Shown here: positions 25,011-38,345 of the stretch, piece after piece
How positions within the stretch are numbered: position 1 is the stretch's first letter
Layout of the letters: each line of letters opens with the position of its first letter
Assembly (NCBI GenBank): GCA_030390025.1
Contig: JASTWF010000114.1
Span: 496,001 to 560,000, forward strand
Source of the DNA: Squalus acanthias
Lineage: Eukaryota
Length of the DNA stretch: 64,000 nucleotides
Direction: 5' to 3'
Position numbers and translations under genes: made by a program
The notes under the pieces: model-generated
Databases searched by the model: none
Told to the model about the DNA's origin: nothing
Seen by the model: the letters and a program-made list of their open reading frames with translations, nothing else

Positions 25011-25290
25011 CGCAGCAGGTCAGGCAGCATCTGTGGAGAGAGAGAAACAGAGTTAACATTTCAGGTCGAGGCTCTTTCATCAGACGGAAAGATATTAGAG
25101 ATCTCAGTTTTTAAGCAAATACAGAGCCAGGGAACATTGAGGGCAGGAAAAGGACGAAGGGGAATGTATGTGATGGGTTGGAAGGCAGGTGTGATTCCAT
25201 GACTCAGGTGATAATGTTGCGATGCAAAAGGGAGTGATAATGGGAGAAGTAAAGATACAAGAGAAGGTCCAGAGAGGGTGAATATAGTCA
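25011..25290 (-). mobile_element. Old Penelope-type terminal fragment with a degenerate hammerhead motif (25052-25084)
   Basis: Minus strand tCTGATGAaagagcctcgacctGAAAtgttaac followed by tctgtttctctctctccacagatgctgcctgacctgctg. Confidence 0.55.
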
Positions 25291-28200
25291 CAGCAGAATA
25301 GCAGAATGGGGGGTGGGAGCAGTGAAAATCTGGCAGAGTGGAGAAAGCTCCCATTGGCCTGGGAACCTCCCATGTTTGGCAGTAAAATGTTAAGCCAATA
25401 ATGAGGAGGTATGTAAAGTTAGGAATTGCATGGTGTATATCCTGGAAATCTGGGAGGTGAGAGATGTACTAATGGGATTGTACCTGGAACTGCTGAGCTT
25501 CTGCCTGTTTTGAACTGGACAGGAAATCTCAAGCTGAGGGAAGGGAGGGAGATGATCCCACTGCTCGCTCCCTTTCATCTGAGCACTAGGTGTGTGCTTG
25601 AAAATGTTCATTGGCTGCCCTGGTAATCCCACCGGATACACCCCGAACGCACGTGGGCCCAAGCATTTGAATTGAACGGTCATCGATTATCAGATAGATC
25701 GATTATTGTTCAATTGTAGACCTACTACATTGCAGCATCCTAAAATTTTAAACTCTCTCTAAAATGTGGCCTGTCGCGCCTTTTGTGCTCATCCTCAGAG
25801 CTCCAATATTCCGACGAACCAATAGCGAGGTTGTCTTGTTGTGCTCTTTCAGGCAGAAGCACACGCTCTCATTATTGAAATGATCCCATCCCGGGATTCG
25901 GGTCAGGGGCACAGGCAGATCAGAGTGCCAGGGGGAAGTTTCTCCCGACTAAACCTCTGGTGACCACACAGAAGTTTTCTGCTTTATTCTTGAATATTGG
26001 TGACAAAAATTTAAACCTTAGGGCTTAATTCTAGTCACCCAGTGGAAAGGTCCTTCAATGACTAATCTTGAGCTGATGAATACCCTACAGGGCACCAGCA
26101 CGAACATTAATAATCACCAGCCATTTCTATGATGTAATGATTTTACTTCACGTTTTATGAGGAATCTGCTGCATCTGTTCACTTGCACAAATCTACCTCC
26201 AAGTTCAAGTCATCTTGGGGCAGTGATACAGTCCAGTCCAGAGGGAACTGTTGGACATTCTGGAGAGCTGTATGTTAAACATCTTGGGGAGCTAAGGATC
26301 AACAATCAATCTTCTTTGTAACTTAGAGTAACAGGATTTCCAACTAAACAGGATTGCTTTTAACTGTCCTGAGAAGGATGCATGGCTTGTCTTCTGCTTT
26401 TAGATTTTGTGCGTAATTCACGAAAAGTGCTTGAGTAATGCAATAATTGACAGTAATGGCATCATCCATGGGAGATTAAGTGTAACTTTAGTGGCTCGTT
26501 TAATAAACATAGGTAGAGTGATCTATTAACTAAAGTATGGAAAGATAACGATTAATAAAACATGTTCTTCAAAGCGGTTAAGAACTGTTTGGTCAGGAAC
26601 TCTTGTTTAAGGGAAGTAGTTTTGGAGTAAGCAACTGCACTGTTTACATTAATAGAGTGTCTTCAAAGGACTTGGGAACAGATACGTCATGAGGAATCAT
26701 AGACTCATAGACTTCACTGTGACATGTACCTTTGATGGAGGCAAAATATGTTTTATAAAGGAGCATGGTTTTCAATAGCTCTTCAGAGATCTCGAACTAC
26801 ACAGAAACCTAAGAGCTGCTCTCATTGTATACAGCTAAGCTGAACACTGTGCTGTATATCAATAAAGTCCTTTCCGTATACTCCACCATCAAGTGTCCCG
26901 TGCTTACTCGAAATGCGTTGTTCCGAACTGTAGAAGGAAGCAGGTTGAGTGATATTAGTAACAAGGGATATGGGGATACGGAGGGAAAGCGGATATAATG
27001 TACAAGGTCAGCCATGATCTTATTGACTGGCGGAGCACGCTAGATGGGCCTTATGGCCGACTCCTGCACCTATTTATGATCTCAAATTCTTAAAAAGAAA
27101 ACTAGTAGTGACTCAACTCAATTCTCAGATATACGTTGCATGCCTCAGTCTCCATTTTTAAAGCATTTGGGTTGGGAGCAATCAAGGGACAATGGTAAGG
27201 AATAAGAGCTGGGAGAGAGTGGAGGACTGGACAGCATTCCACAAGGAATTTTGAATATGTGCAGCAAATGCGATCAAGGACAAACCAACTCCTGCAATAT
27301 CCAGATTAACAGGCGATGTGATTTTTCTTGGTTATGATTTTAATAAAGTTAGACCTTTACTCAAAAACTGTGTCTACAATTAACACATTTTGCATTAGTG
27401 CGCTGTGCAAAGATACAAAATATTTCATAGCTTGCATTACTTTCTTGAGGTGAGGTGCATATTGTTTTTTAGTTGATATATGGTGGCTGATTGGGGCTCC
27501 TCCTCAAACATTCTGCTGAGGCCAGTAGAGTTCCTTCAGGGTTGGTGTGATCGTGTGAGGCACTTTGACTGCTTAGATAGTGAACAGCAACAGATGGCCT
27601 CATTAACAGAAAGGAAAGTCTTAAAAATAAGCTACGTGCAAGAAAAATGAAATTGTCCTAATTAAAATGTGTTACTTTTAACATGCTAATTATATTTTCA
27701 TTGTTTCGAACTTCTTAACTTATTCTCTACTTATAGCAAATTTCTCCAAATGTTATCGCCTTCACTTATTCTGGAAATGTCTTACCAGTGCTGGAGGCTT
27801 TCATGGAAATGATTCCAGAACGAGGGTGTGATTAGTACAACAACAACTTGAATTTATAGAGCGCCTTTAACGTAGTATAACGTCCCAAGGCGCTTCACGG
27901 GAGCGTTATCACATCACATTTTGGACCGAGCCACATCAGGAGATACTCGGACAGATGAGCAAAAACTTGGTAAAAAGGTCGGTTTTAAGGAGCAACATAA
28001 AGTAGGAGAGCGAGGTACATCAGCGTATAGAGCCTAAAGAGACCTGCTTACTTTTTGGCTACTCCGTGTTCCTGATTCCAGAGATCTTTATTTCTGTTTC
28101 TTAAGTTAATGATCTATCATTAGTGTGGAATAGAAAGTTAAATCTCTCTGGTGGCTGTCAGGAGTCCAAAGTGAAATAACTTTGCACAGCATGAGTCTGG

Positions 28201-29799
28201 TTCTTTGTGGGCATCCCCACAGCCCAGACATCCCTATAAAGCAGCATTAATTCGAGAATTTAATTTAGATTTGACCAAGAGGGTAGACGGGGTAGGTTAA
28301 TTACATTGTTATATTGATACAGTAAAGACTGATCGTCTGAGTTTAGAGTTGAGGCAGCTTATGCTTATTACCTCATTATGCTTGAGGTATAAATGTTGGC
28401 CTGGACACTTGGACAATTCCCCTGCTCTTATAATAGTGTGCTGTGGGATCTTTTCCACCCACCTGAAATGGCAGACAGTTTTAACGTCACATCCAAAAGA
28501 CAGCGCTTCCGCCAGTGTAACATTCCTTCAGTACTGCACTGGAGTGTAAGCCTAGATAGTGTGTTCATGTCCCTGGGTTTGGAGTAAAACCCACTACCTT
28601 CTGATTCATTGGCAAGAGTGCTCACACTGAAGAGTAACTAAGCTTCTATCTACTGTTCTATACTCAACAGAAATCTGAACATTAGACAGTGGATAGTCGG
28701 ATTTGACATTACCAAGAAGAAATGTTATTCACCTTATTTTGTGCAAATTTAGTCTGTTTTAGTTTTGCAGTCATTGTTACTGCAACACACAGCCAGCAGA
28801 TGGATTCTGCATGTCAGCCAGTTTGGGTGCAATGTGGCAGTGATTCATTGAGAGAGTTCTCCATCAGTACCACTTTGGATATGTATGGGGCAATCTGCAC
28901 AGGAAGGGAGTGAGCAAGTAACACTGTTCCAACTCCTTGTGTTCCGCATTAAACTTAAACTGTTCTGTTTACATTGGCAAAGTCAAGAATGAGAGAATTG
29001 CATTTGAAAATGGGGCAAGAGTTGAATATCAAGCCGCCTACCTGGCCGGCAATGAAGCCCAGGTAAGTCCCGGGAGGGGGAATTGCAGCAGGGTGGCGGG
29101 GGGGACGAGGGGGGGGGGGGGTGGGGGGCTGACCACAACTCCTGTGGAGTCGGAGGACCAATCCTGCTCCTCCCGGCACCACAGTAACGATTAAAAAAAT
29201 AATTTGATTTTCCATTTGCACAACGCCTGCCCCGCTCATCAGTGACTAATTTCAGCAAAGGGCTCTCCAACAGGCCTTAGGCTCCTCCTTTACCTATTTA
29301 AGGGGCTTAAACCTGTTTTAGGCGTTCGCCCAATTATTCTAGTATTGGAAATAATTTATCTCTGTTCACAGTGTAATCCCCTTTATTTTTTTGATAGTCT
29401 TCATCAATCCCGGCTCAATCTTCTCAGTTTTGGGAGCGCAGAATAACTTTTGCAAGGCCTCACATAGAGTCAGCACATTGAAAAATATTGGCAATGGGAG
29501 CGTACAATAATCGAGCCGTGGGTTGGAGCCTTGATAATTTACCCTCACAACACTTAGCGTTTTAGCTTTCGGTTGTAACTCGGATCCGATCTGCCCGGGT
29601 AGGTCGGAGTTGCACTTTCTCCATATTATATCCCTACTATAATAAGGAGCCCAGAACAACACACAACAATCCAGACATGACGAAATCAACACATGGCACA
29701 GAATCATCATGATCTCTTTACTTTTATATTCAATCTATTTTGATATGAACAATAACATCTCATTTGCTTTCTGGTGGCTTTTTTGATACCTGACAGTCA

Positions 29800-32530
29800 G
29801 ACTACATTGTAACGCATTGCATGGCACTGCAGTGCATGCCTTTACATTGAAAGGGAAACGCACCGTTGGATTTCATTGCATGCATTGGATTGGTTTGTAA
29901 TGGAGCCTGAAAGTTGGCTTGCAGGGGAACACATTTCATGCATTGCATTAGATTGGAATGAAACCTACCTGTTGGATTGCATGGCAACGCATTGCATGAC
30001 ATTGCAGTGGCATGGAAATTGAGTGTTGGATTGTGTTGGAACGTATTGCGTGGCATTGGAGGGAAAGCGGACTGTTTGAATCCATTCGAATACATCACTG
30101 TGAATTGCATTGTATTGGATTAGAACGGAACCTGACTGTCGGATTCCATTGGAATGCATAGCATCGCATTGCAATAAATTTGAAAGGATTCTGCCTATTG
30201 TATTGCACTGCAACACATTGCATGTCATTGCATTGGATCTGAAAGGACCCTGAATGTTGGTTTGCATTGGAACACATTATATTGCATTGCATTAAAATGG
30301 AAGCTAACTTTTGGATTGCATTCAAATATATTGCATTGCATTGCATCTTAACGGTATCTGACAGTTGGATTTCATTGCACGCATTGCACGGCATTGCATT
30401 GCATTTGATTTGATTGGAATGGAACCTAGCTGATTGATTGCATTGGAAATCATTGGTTAGCATTGCATTGTATTGCATTGGATTGGATAAGTACGTGACT
30501 GTTACATTTCACTGGAATGCATTCAAAGGCATTACTTTTCATCTCATTGGAAAGGAACTTGATTGTGGTTTGCATTGGAATGCATTTCATTGCATTGTAC
30601 TGCATTGTATTGGATGAAACGTACCTGTTGTATTGCATTGGAACACATTAAATTACATTGTATTGCATTGGAATGGAACCTGACTGCTGGATTACATTGG
30701 AACGCCTTGAGAGGCATTTATTTGCATTGCATTGGAATGCAACTTGACTGTTGGATTGCATTGGAACGTATTGCGTGGCATTGCATTGCATTGGAACCGA
30801 AACTCACCATTGCATTGTTTTGCATTTCATTGCATCGGAAGGGAAGAGGACTTTTGGTTTGCTTTGGAACACATTGCATTGCATTTCATTGGAACTGAAG
30901 CAGACAGTTGGATTGCAGTGCAGCACATCGCATGGCATTGCATTGCATTGCATTGGAAAGAAAGCTGATTGTTGGATTGCATTACAACAGATTGCATGGC
31001 GCTGCATTGAATTGCATTGTAATGGAATGGGACCTGACATTTGGATTGCATTTCAACGCATTGAGAGGCATTTCGTTTCATTGCATTGGAACGGAACCTG
31101 ATTGTTGGGTTGCATTGGAATGCACTTCATGGCTTTGCTCTGCATTGTTTTCCATTTGATTGTAACATAGCCTGAATGTTGGATTGCACTGAAACGCAGT
31201 TCATTGCATTTCATTACATTGCACTGGATTGGAACGAAGCGTAACTGTTTTATTGCATTGGAGCGCATTGCATGTCTGTGCTTTGCATTGCATTGGATCA
31301 GAAAATAATTTGAATGAAGAATTGCATTTGAATTAATTGCATCAATTTGCACTGGATTTCAGTGGAACGGAACCTGGCTGTTGGATTTCATTGCAAAGCA
31401 TTGCATGGCTGCGCACTGCATTGCATTGGATTGGAATGCAACCTGCCTGATGGATTGCATTGGAAGGCATTACATAGCATTGCACTGCATTGTATTACAT
31501 TGGATTGTAACGGAGACTGAAAGTTGGATTGCACTGGAACGCATTTCATTGCATTCCATTACATTGCACTGGATTGGAACAAATCATACCTGCTATATTT
31601 CATTGGAAAGCATTGAATTTCATTGCTTTGCATTGAAACGGAATCTGACTGTTGAATTGCATTCGAATGCATGCAATGCGTTGTAATGCAATCCAACAAT
31701 AACATGAATTGAATGTCATTGCATTGCTTGGCATTGGAAGTGATCGAGACTGTTGGATAACATTGGTAAGCATTGCATGGCATTGCAGTTCATTGGAACT
31801 GAACCAGACTGGTGGATTGCATTGAAGCGCATTGCATGGCTGTGCATTGCATTGCATTGTATTGGATTGGAATAGAACCTGACTGTTGGATTTCATTGCA
31901 ATGCATTGGAACGGAACCTGAACGTTGGATTTCAATGGAACGCATTTCAACGCATTCCTTTATATTGCAGTGGATTGGAATGAAACGTACAGATTGTATT
32001 AATTGGAAAACATTAACTTATACTGCATTGCATTGCATGGGAATGGAACCTGACTGTTGAATTGCATTGGAACGCATTACATTGCACTGCATTGTATTCC
32101 ATTGGATTGCAATTGAGCCTGAAAGTTGGATTGCACTGGAAAGCATTTCCTTGCAATGCATTGCATTGGAAAGGAAAGTGAGTATTGGATTGCATTGGAA
32201 TGACTTGCATTGCATTGCTTTGGAATGGAACCTGACTATTGGATTACAAGGGAATGCATTGCATATCATTGGTTTGCATTGGAATGAAACCTCACTATTG
32301 CACTGCATTGGAAGGTATTGCATTGCACTGCATTGCATTTTAACGGAAACTCACCGTTAGAATACATTGCAACACATTGCAGTACATTGCATTGCAAATC
32401 TTTGGAAGGGAAGTGGACTGTTTGATTGAATTGCATTACATTGCATTGGATTGGAATGGAAGATGACAGTTGCATTGCATTGCAACACGTTTCATGTCCT
32501 TGCAATGCATTGGATCCGAAAGGAACCTGA
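29800..32530. repeat. CATTG/TGGAA pentamer-based satellite with a loose ~55-65-bp higher-order unit
   Basis: Recurrent ggaacggaacctgactgttggattgcattggaacgcattgcattgcattg over ~2.7 kb. Confidence 0.95.
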
Positions 32531-33454
32531 ATGTTGTTTAGTACAAAGATTAAAGTCAAGAGCAGGAGGAGGCCATTCAGCCCCTGGAGCCTGTCCCAGA
32601 ACTCAATTAGATCATGGCTGATCTGCAGCTGAACTTCGTCTACACGCCTTGACTAAATGTCGCTTAATAACTTTACACAACAAAAATCCATCAATCTCAG
32701 TTTTGAGATTTCAATTGACCCCCAGGCTGAAAAGATTTTTAGGGGAGAGAGTTACAGATTGCCACTACCCTTTGTGTGAAGAAGTGTTTCCTGATATCAC
32801 CCTGAACGGCCTGGTTCTAATGTAATTAAAAAACTGTCCAGTCGTTGTAATTATATAGCACCTGAATACACAAACCCTCTTGCTGCTCATTTTACATGTA
32901 TAGAATACAAAGGGAGCGACGCTTTCCCGCATTCACACCCATTACAAGGAACTCCGATGGACACAAGACTTTTTAATTGATTGCTTTTGAATGCAACGGG
33001 AAAAAGTTTCAGTTAATTCTCATTGTGCATAATTCCTGAGCCGAACACTTTCCCAATCATCCCATTCGATGGGGGATGATCATCAACTACCTATGTGCAA
33101 AATACCAAAGGGTCAAACCTAATTATTGCTTGATAAACCAAATACAATATTGGCAACTTTGCTTCATGTTTATTAAAGTGAAGATATTCTATATTAATGC
33201 AGTGTTTGATTGCTCAGACACAGTATCCGAAACGACAAGAATGTGTTGCAATACATTGAATGCAATCAAGATGTGAATTGCGCTTTATGGTGCATCGACG
33301 ATGAGAGGGGCGCAGAATCCAGGAACCAGGAGGCTGAGCGTTTAAATAAGAACAGGAGCGCGGCCAAAATCGCACTCAGTGCCCAGAAATGATGCTCATC
33401 CGGCGCCGACGTTTGGTTAATAACACGCCGGAGTAAAATGCAGGAAAAGAGGTA

Positions 33455-34245
33455 AGGAAGAACTTGCATTTCTAAAGCGCCTTTCAACACCTTAGGACGT
33501 CTCAAAGTGCTTTACAGCAAATGAAGCACTTTTGAACTTTAGTCACTGTTGTAATGCAGTGAAAACGGCAGCCATTTTTGCACAGCAAGCTCCCACAAAC
33601 AGCAATGTGATAATCATCAGGACATCTTTATTACTGATGTTGACTGAGGTATAAATATTAGCCCAGGACACCGAGGAGAACTCCCCTGCTTTTCTTCCAA
33701 TATTGGCCCTGGACTCTTTCCCATCCACCTGAGAGGGCAGGCGGGGCCTCGGTTTAATGTTTCATCAGAAAGTCGGCACCTCCGACAGTGCGGCGCTCCC
33801 TCAGTACAGCCCCTCCGACAGTGACGCGCACCCTCAGTACTGCCCCTCCAACAGTGCGGCGCTCCCTCAGTCCTGCCCCTCCTACAGTGCGGCGCTCCCT
33901 CAGTACTGCCCCTCCGACCGGGCGGCGCTCCCACAGTACTGCCCCTCCAACAGTGCGGCGCTCCCACAGTACTGTCACTCCGATAGTGCGGCACGCCCTC
34001 AGTACTGCCTCTCCGGTAGTGCAGCGCTCCCTCAGTACTGCCACTCCGACAGTGCGGCGCTCCCTCAGTAACGCCCCTCCTACAGTGCGGCGCTCCCTCA
34101 GTACTGCCCCTCCAACAGTGCAGCACTCTCTCAGTACCGCACTGGGAATGTCGGCCTAGATTTTTTGTTTTCAAGTCTCTGGAGTGGAACTCTGAACCCA
34201 CGATCTTCTGACTCGGAGGCGAGAATGCTGCCCACTGAGCCGTGG
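33455..34245 (-). mobile_element. tRNA-derived SINE (DeuSINE/SacSINE1-like) containing an internal 33-bp tandem expansion
   Basis: Colinear with unexpanded copies at 54940-55400(-) and 41048-41510(+); head ggctcagtggg, tail aaaggcgctttagaaatgcaag. Confidence 0.75.
33780..34140 (+). repeat. 33-bp minisatellite, ~11 copies, inside the SINE
   Basis: Unit ctccgacagtgcggcgctccctcagtactgccc. Confidence 0.95.
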
Positions 34246-34924
34246 GTGATATAATAACAAAGGATTGCACCTTTCTTCAATCTGATCTATTTTTGTTGAT
34301 ACAATTAAGGGTGTATGAATGAATGGGTTCTGGACCAATAAAAATCAACACTCGGAATAGAATTATGTCCTCGTGCCCACACGAATGACAGAACCAGTCC
34401 AGTGCGTGCAATTCAGCACTGCCTGCCTTCAGTTCACAGTTTAATCAGCCTGCACTGCAGGCCGCCTTTCCTGCCTGTTTAACACGAACTGGAATACATT
34501 GCCCTTTGCAGGCAAATCTGTGCGTGGGCGTTTAATGTGTCAACAGGAAACCCGCTTCGAGCCTTGACATTACGCTGTACTTTCCAGGCCCGCTATTTTT
34601 AAAACGCAAGCACGCAATTTTTACAGCTGTGCCTTTCACATCTCTTGCGAGCCGAGCCCAGCTTAAAGATATCCCAGCAAAGTGTTCCGTGTGCAGCTCA
34701 CAGCAAGCGCCTCGGTCGCCGACAATGAGCTTCTTAACACCCTGCGCGCTGTTCCACCTCTTTCCAGGTCAGTCTTATCTGCTTCTACTTCATGGCGGAA
34801 TTCAAGCGTAAGATCATTGAGCTAGTCAGCCAGGTAGAAGATTGCGCGCTGTATTCTGAAATATTAGTGTCATGTTGAAAAACTAGATTATCTCAAGCGA
34901 ATGAAGTTAGACCAAACGTCAATA

Positions 34925-35175
34925 TTGTCCATCTATCGGATGTCCCGTCTGCTCTCTCAGATGGAGGTAAAATATCCCTCGACCACTATTGGAAGGAGAG
35001 CAGGGGAGATCTCCCCGGTATCCTGGGGCCAATATTGTATCACTCAATCAACATCACAGATTACCTGTTCATTATCATATTGCTGTTTGTGGGAGCTTGC
35101 TGTGCGCAATTTGGCTGCCGCGTTTCCTGCATTACAACATGGACTACACTTCAAACGGTACTTCATTGGCTGTAA
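34925..35175 (+). mobile_element. SINE fragment in intron 1 of the VJ-C1 gene
   Basis: attgctgtttgtgggagcttgctgtgcgcaatttggctgccgcg core shared with the other SINE copies. Confidence 0.75.
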
Positions 35176-36444
35176 TAATCTTGCTTTCTTCCTTCCTTCC
35201 TTCCTTTCATTCTATCTCCTTTTACAGACTCAGTTTTAACCCTCAGCATTTGACCCAATTAGATATTAGGATCCATGATCATGAATGATCGGATGGTCCT
35301 TTTCACAGTTTACTGCTGTACCCGTTTCTTTATAGTAAACGTTGTTTATTTCTGCCGTGTAACAGATCACTTGTGAATATGTTGTTCTCTCAGTTATTGT
35401 CTCTCAGGAGGTTTACCGCCAGAATCCGCCGGTTCAGACTGTCTCCGTTGGAAGTATCTTTAAGGTGGATTTTCACTCGGGTTGGTTGGCAGCAGGAGCT
35501 GTGCACTGGTAGAAGCGGCAGCACCGAGAACATCTACAGCTGGTTTACACCGTGAGGAAGCACATTCCTCCTGAAGGAAGATTTTCCGGACAAATTAACG
35601 ACGAATCCTGTATTTACTCTCTGATTGTGAAAGATGTCCAGAGGAATGATTCGGGGGAGTATTACTGCGCAGCGAAGAAATCTAGCCGAACGCACTTGAC
35701 ATTCGGAGACGGCTCGAAGATGCTCATTGCAGGTAAGAATTGCGAGTGTTTTACTCATTTACTCAGAAATAACGACGAATTTATGCAGAATAGCAATGGT
35801 ATCTTAACAACCCAAACTCGCCAGGGTCTCCAGAAAGCTTTCTCTTAAATCCGCCGCCAGATGAAATTCCCTTACTGGAAAGGGTCTCATTGATGTGTTT
35901 GGTGAAAAGCCTGTCTCCCGATTCCCTTCCCATTCGCTGGAGTGTTGCCGGACGGGTTACCGAGGATCCGAGCGATTCCGGGTCAATAGACCCGGACGGG
36001 ACGTACACTGTAAGGAGTCACATCAGCGTCTCGGCGGAAACTTGGAGCAGTGGCGCTGTCTGTATTTGCGCCGTTCCAATCAACTCCACTGTGGACCTGA
36101 TCAGTGAAAGTGTCTCAGCTCAGAGAGGTAACTAGTGGCAGTGACACTTTAATAATATCTTCCATGCTAATGTAAGAGTTAATTGTTCGAAATATCACGT
36201 TATACTTTAAAATCTCTCCCTTTCTGCTTGTCCATGTAGAATTACCCAATCATTTACCTCTCTCAATGTTGCAGTGTTGAGCTTTCTGAATTATGAAGTC
36301 CATCTGTCTAGATAGGACATGTGTATATGATGAGAGAGACGGTATCTGTCTGAGCTGTCCATGGGTAAAATTGGAAAATATAATTGCCATTTCCAGTTTA
36401 TCACTTTCTCGCTCGATGCCTGTATGTAGGTGTCTGTATTACAC

Positions 36445-38010
36445 AGTATGTACAGCACAGAGCCAGGCCATTCGGCCCAATAGGTCCGATCCGGTGTTTA
36501 TGCTCCACACGAGTCCCCTCCCTTCCTACTTCATTATATACCCATCAATATCCATTTATTCCTTTTTGGCTCATCTGTTTATCTAGCTTCCCCTGAAATG
36601 CATCTATGCTATTCGCTTCAAACACTCCCTGTGGTAGCAAGTTCCACATTCTCACCACTCTCTGGGTAAAGAAGTTTCTCCTAAATTCCCCATTGATTTT
36701 AATAGTAACTAACTTATATTTATGTCGCCTAGTTCTGGCCTCCCCCCTCACCCAAGTGGAAACGTCTTCTCCAAGTCTAGCCTGTCAAAGGTTTTGAAAG
36801 AGTAGATAGAGAGATAATGTTTCCACTCGTGGGGAAGACCATAACAAGAGGCCATCAATATAAAATAGTCGCAATGTAATTCAATAGGGAATTCAGGAGT
36901 AACTTCTTTACCCAAAGAGTGTTGAGAATGTGGAGCTCGCTACGTCAGGGATTGGTTGAAGCGAATAGCATAAATGCATTTAAAGGGGTGATTGGGCAAG
37001 CATATGAGGGAGAAGGAAATAGAGGGTTACGCTGATAGATTTAGATGTGGAAAGACGGGAGGAGGCTCGAGTACAGCATAAACGCCGGCATGGAGTTGTT
37101 GGGCCGAATGGCCTGTTTCTGTGCTGTCTATCCTATGTAATCCTATGTAAACTTTTTCATAATCTAAAGTCCTCTGTCAGGTCACCTCTCAGTCTTCACT
37201 TTTGTAAAGAAACGAGCCCCAACCTGTTCAATCTTTCCTGATAGGCGTAACGTCTCAATTCTGGAATCATCCTAGTAAACGTTTTTGTATCTTCTCCAGT
37301 GTCTCTTTAATATGGCTACCAGAAATGTTCACAGTATTCCAAGTGTCGTCCAACCAATGTTCTATCGAAATTTAACATAACTTCTCTGCTTTTCAATTCT
37401 ATCCCTCTAGAAATGAAACCCCGTACTTGGTTTGCAATTTTATGGCCTTATTAACCAGCGTCGCTACTTTTAGTGATTTGTGTATCTGTACCTCCTGATC
37501 CCCCTGCTCCTCTACTCCATTTAGACACTTATTTTCCAAGGTGTATGTGACCTCCTTATGCTTCCCACCCAAACGGTTTATGTTTAAGAGAGGAGAAAGT
37601 TGTCACTTGGGTTACCGTAGACCAGATGAGTTGCTGACAAACGTTTAGAATCCGTAATTTGAACTGAAAGTGTTGAGTATTTCTAAATGGCTGGGCTAGT
37701 TGAGGACAACCAGCAACGATTTGTGAAAGTGGAGTCGTGATTAACAAATGTAATGGTGCTTTTGTAGAAGTGACCGATTGGGTATTTAAAGGGATTGCAG
37801 TAGATGTGACGTGTATGGATTTCCAGAAGGCGTTTGATAAGGTGTCGCACAAGTGGGCTGTTGGGAAAGAATTTAGACGTTTGTTGTGAAGGAGATGTGG
37901 CAGCCTGGATAGAAAGTTAGACAAGCAATAAGGAGATAGATTAAATGCGCATTCCTCGTATTGGCGACGGGTTGGAAGTGGTGCATTCCAGGGGACAGTG
38001 TGGGCTGAGG
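36445..38010. mobile_element. Nested CR1 fragments in intron 3 of the VJ-C1 gene
   Basis: FFTQRVVRMWNLLP on both strands; a + copy (~36790-37150, with cctatgtaa duplicated) splits a - copy; DFQKAFDKV remnant at ~37820. Confidence 0.75.
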
Positions 38011-38159
38011 AGTTTGTTTTGGATTGATACAGGAATATTGAGGGAGAGCCTGGTAATGGGATTAGTTTTGGATCCATCTACGAAAGAACCGTCACAAACA
38101 AGGAGGACCTCAAAGTCTCCTTCTGTGCCCCACCCTTCGATAGGTTCATGGTTATATGT

Positions 38160-38345
38160 NNNNNNNNNNNNNNNNNNNNNNNNNNNNNNNNNNNNNNNNN
38201 NNNNNNNNNNNNNNNNNNNNNNNNNNNNNNNNNNNNNNNNNNNNNNNNNNNNNNNNNNNNNNNNNNNNNNNNNNNNNNNNNNNNNNNNNNNNNNNNNNNN
38301 NNNNNNNNNNNNNNNNNNNNNNNNNNNNNNNNNNNNNNNNNNNNN
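38160..38345. other. Assembly gap (186 N)
   Basis: Run of n. Confidence 1.

Noticed and set aside
29802-32559. Many Cys/His/Trp-rich ORFs
   Set aside because: Translations of the CATTG satellite in all frames.
35394-35732. Rearranging TCR or Ig V segment
   Set aside because: J motif is already fused in the same exon, there is no RSS, and the C1 exon follows after only 92 bp.
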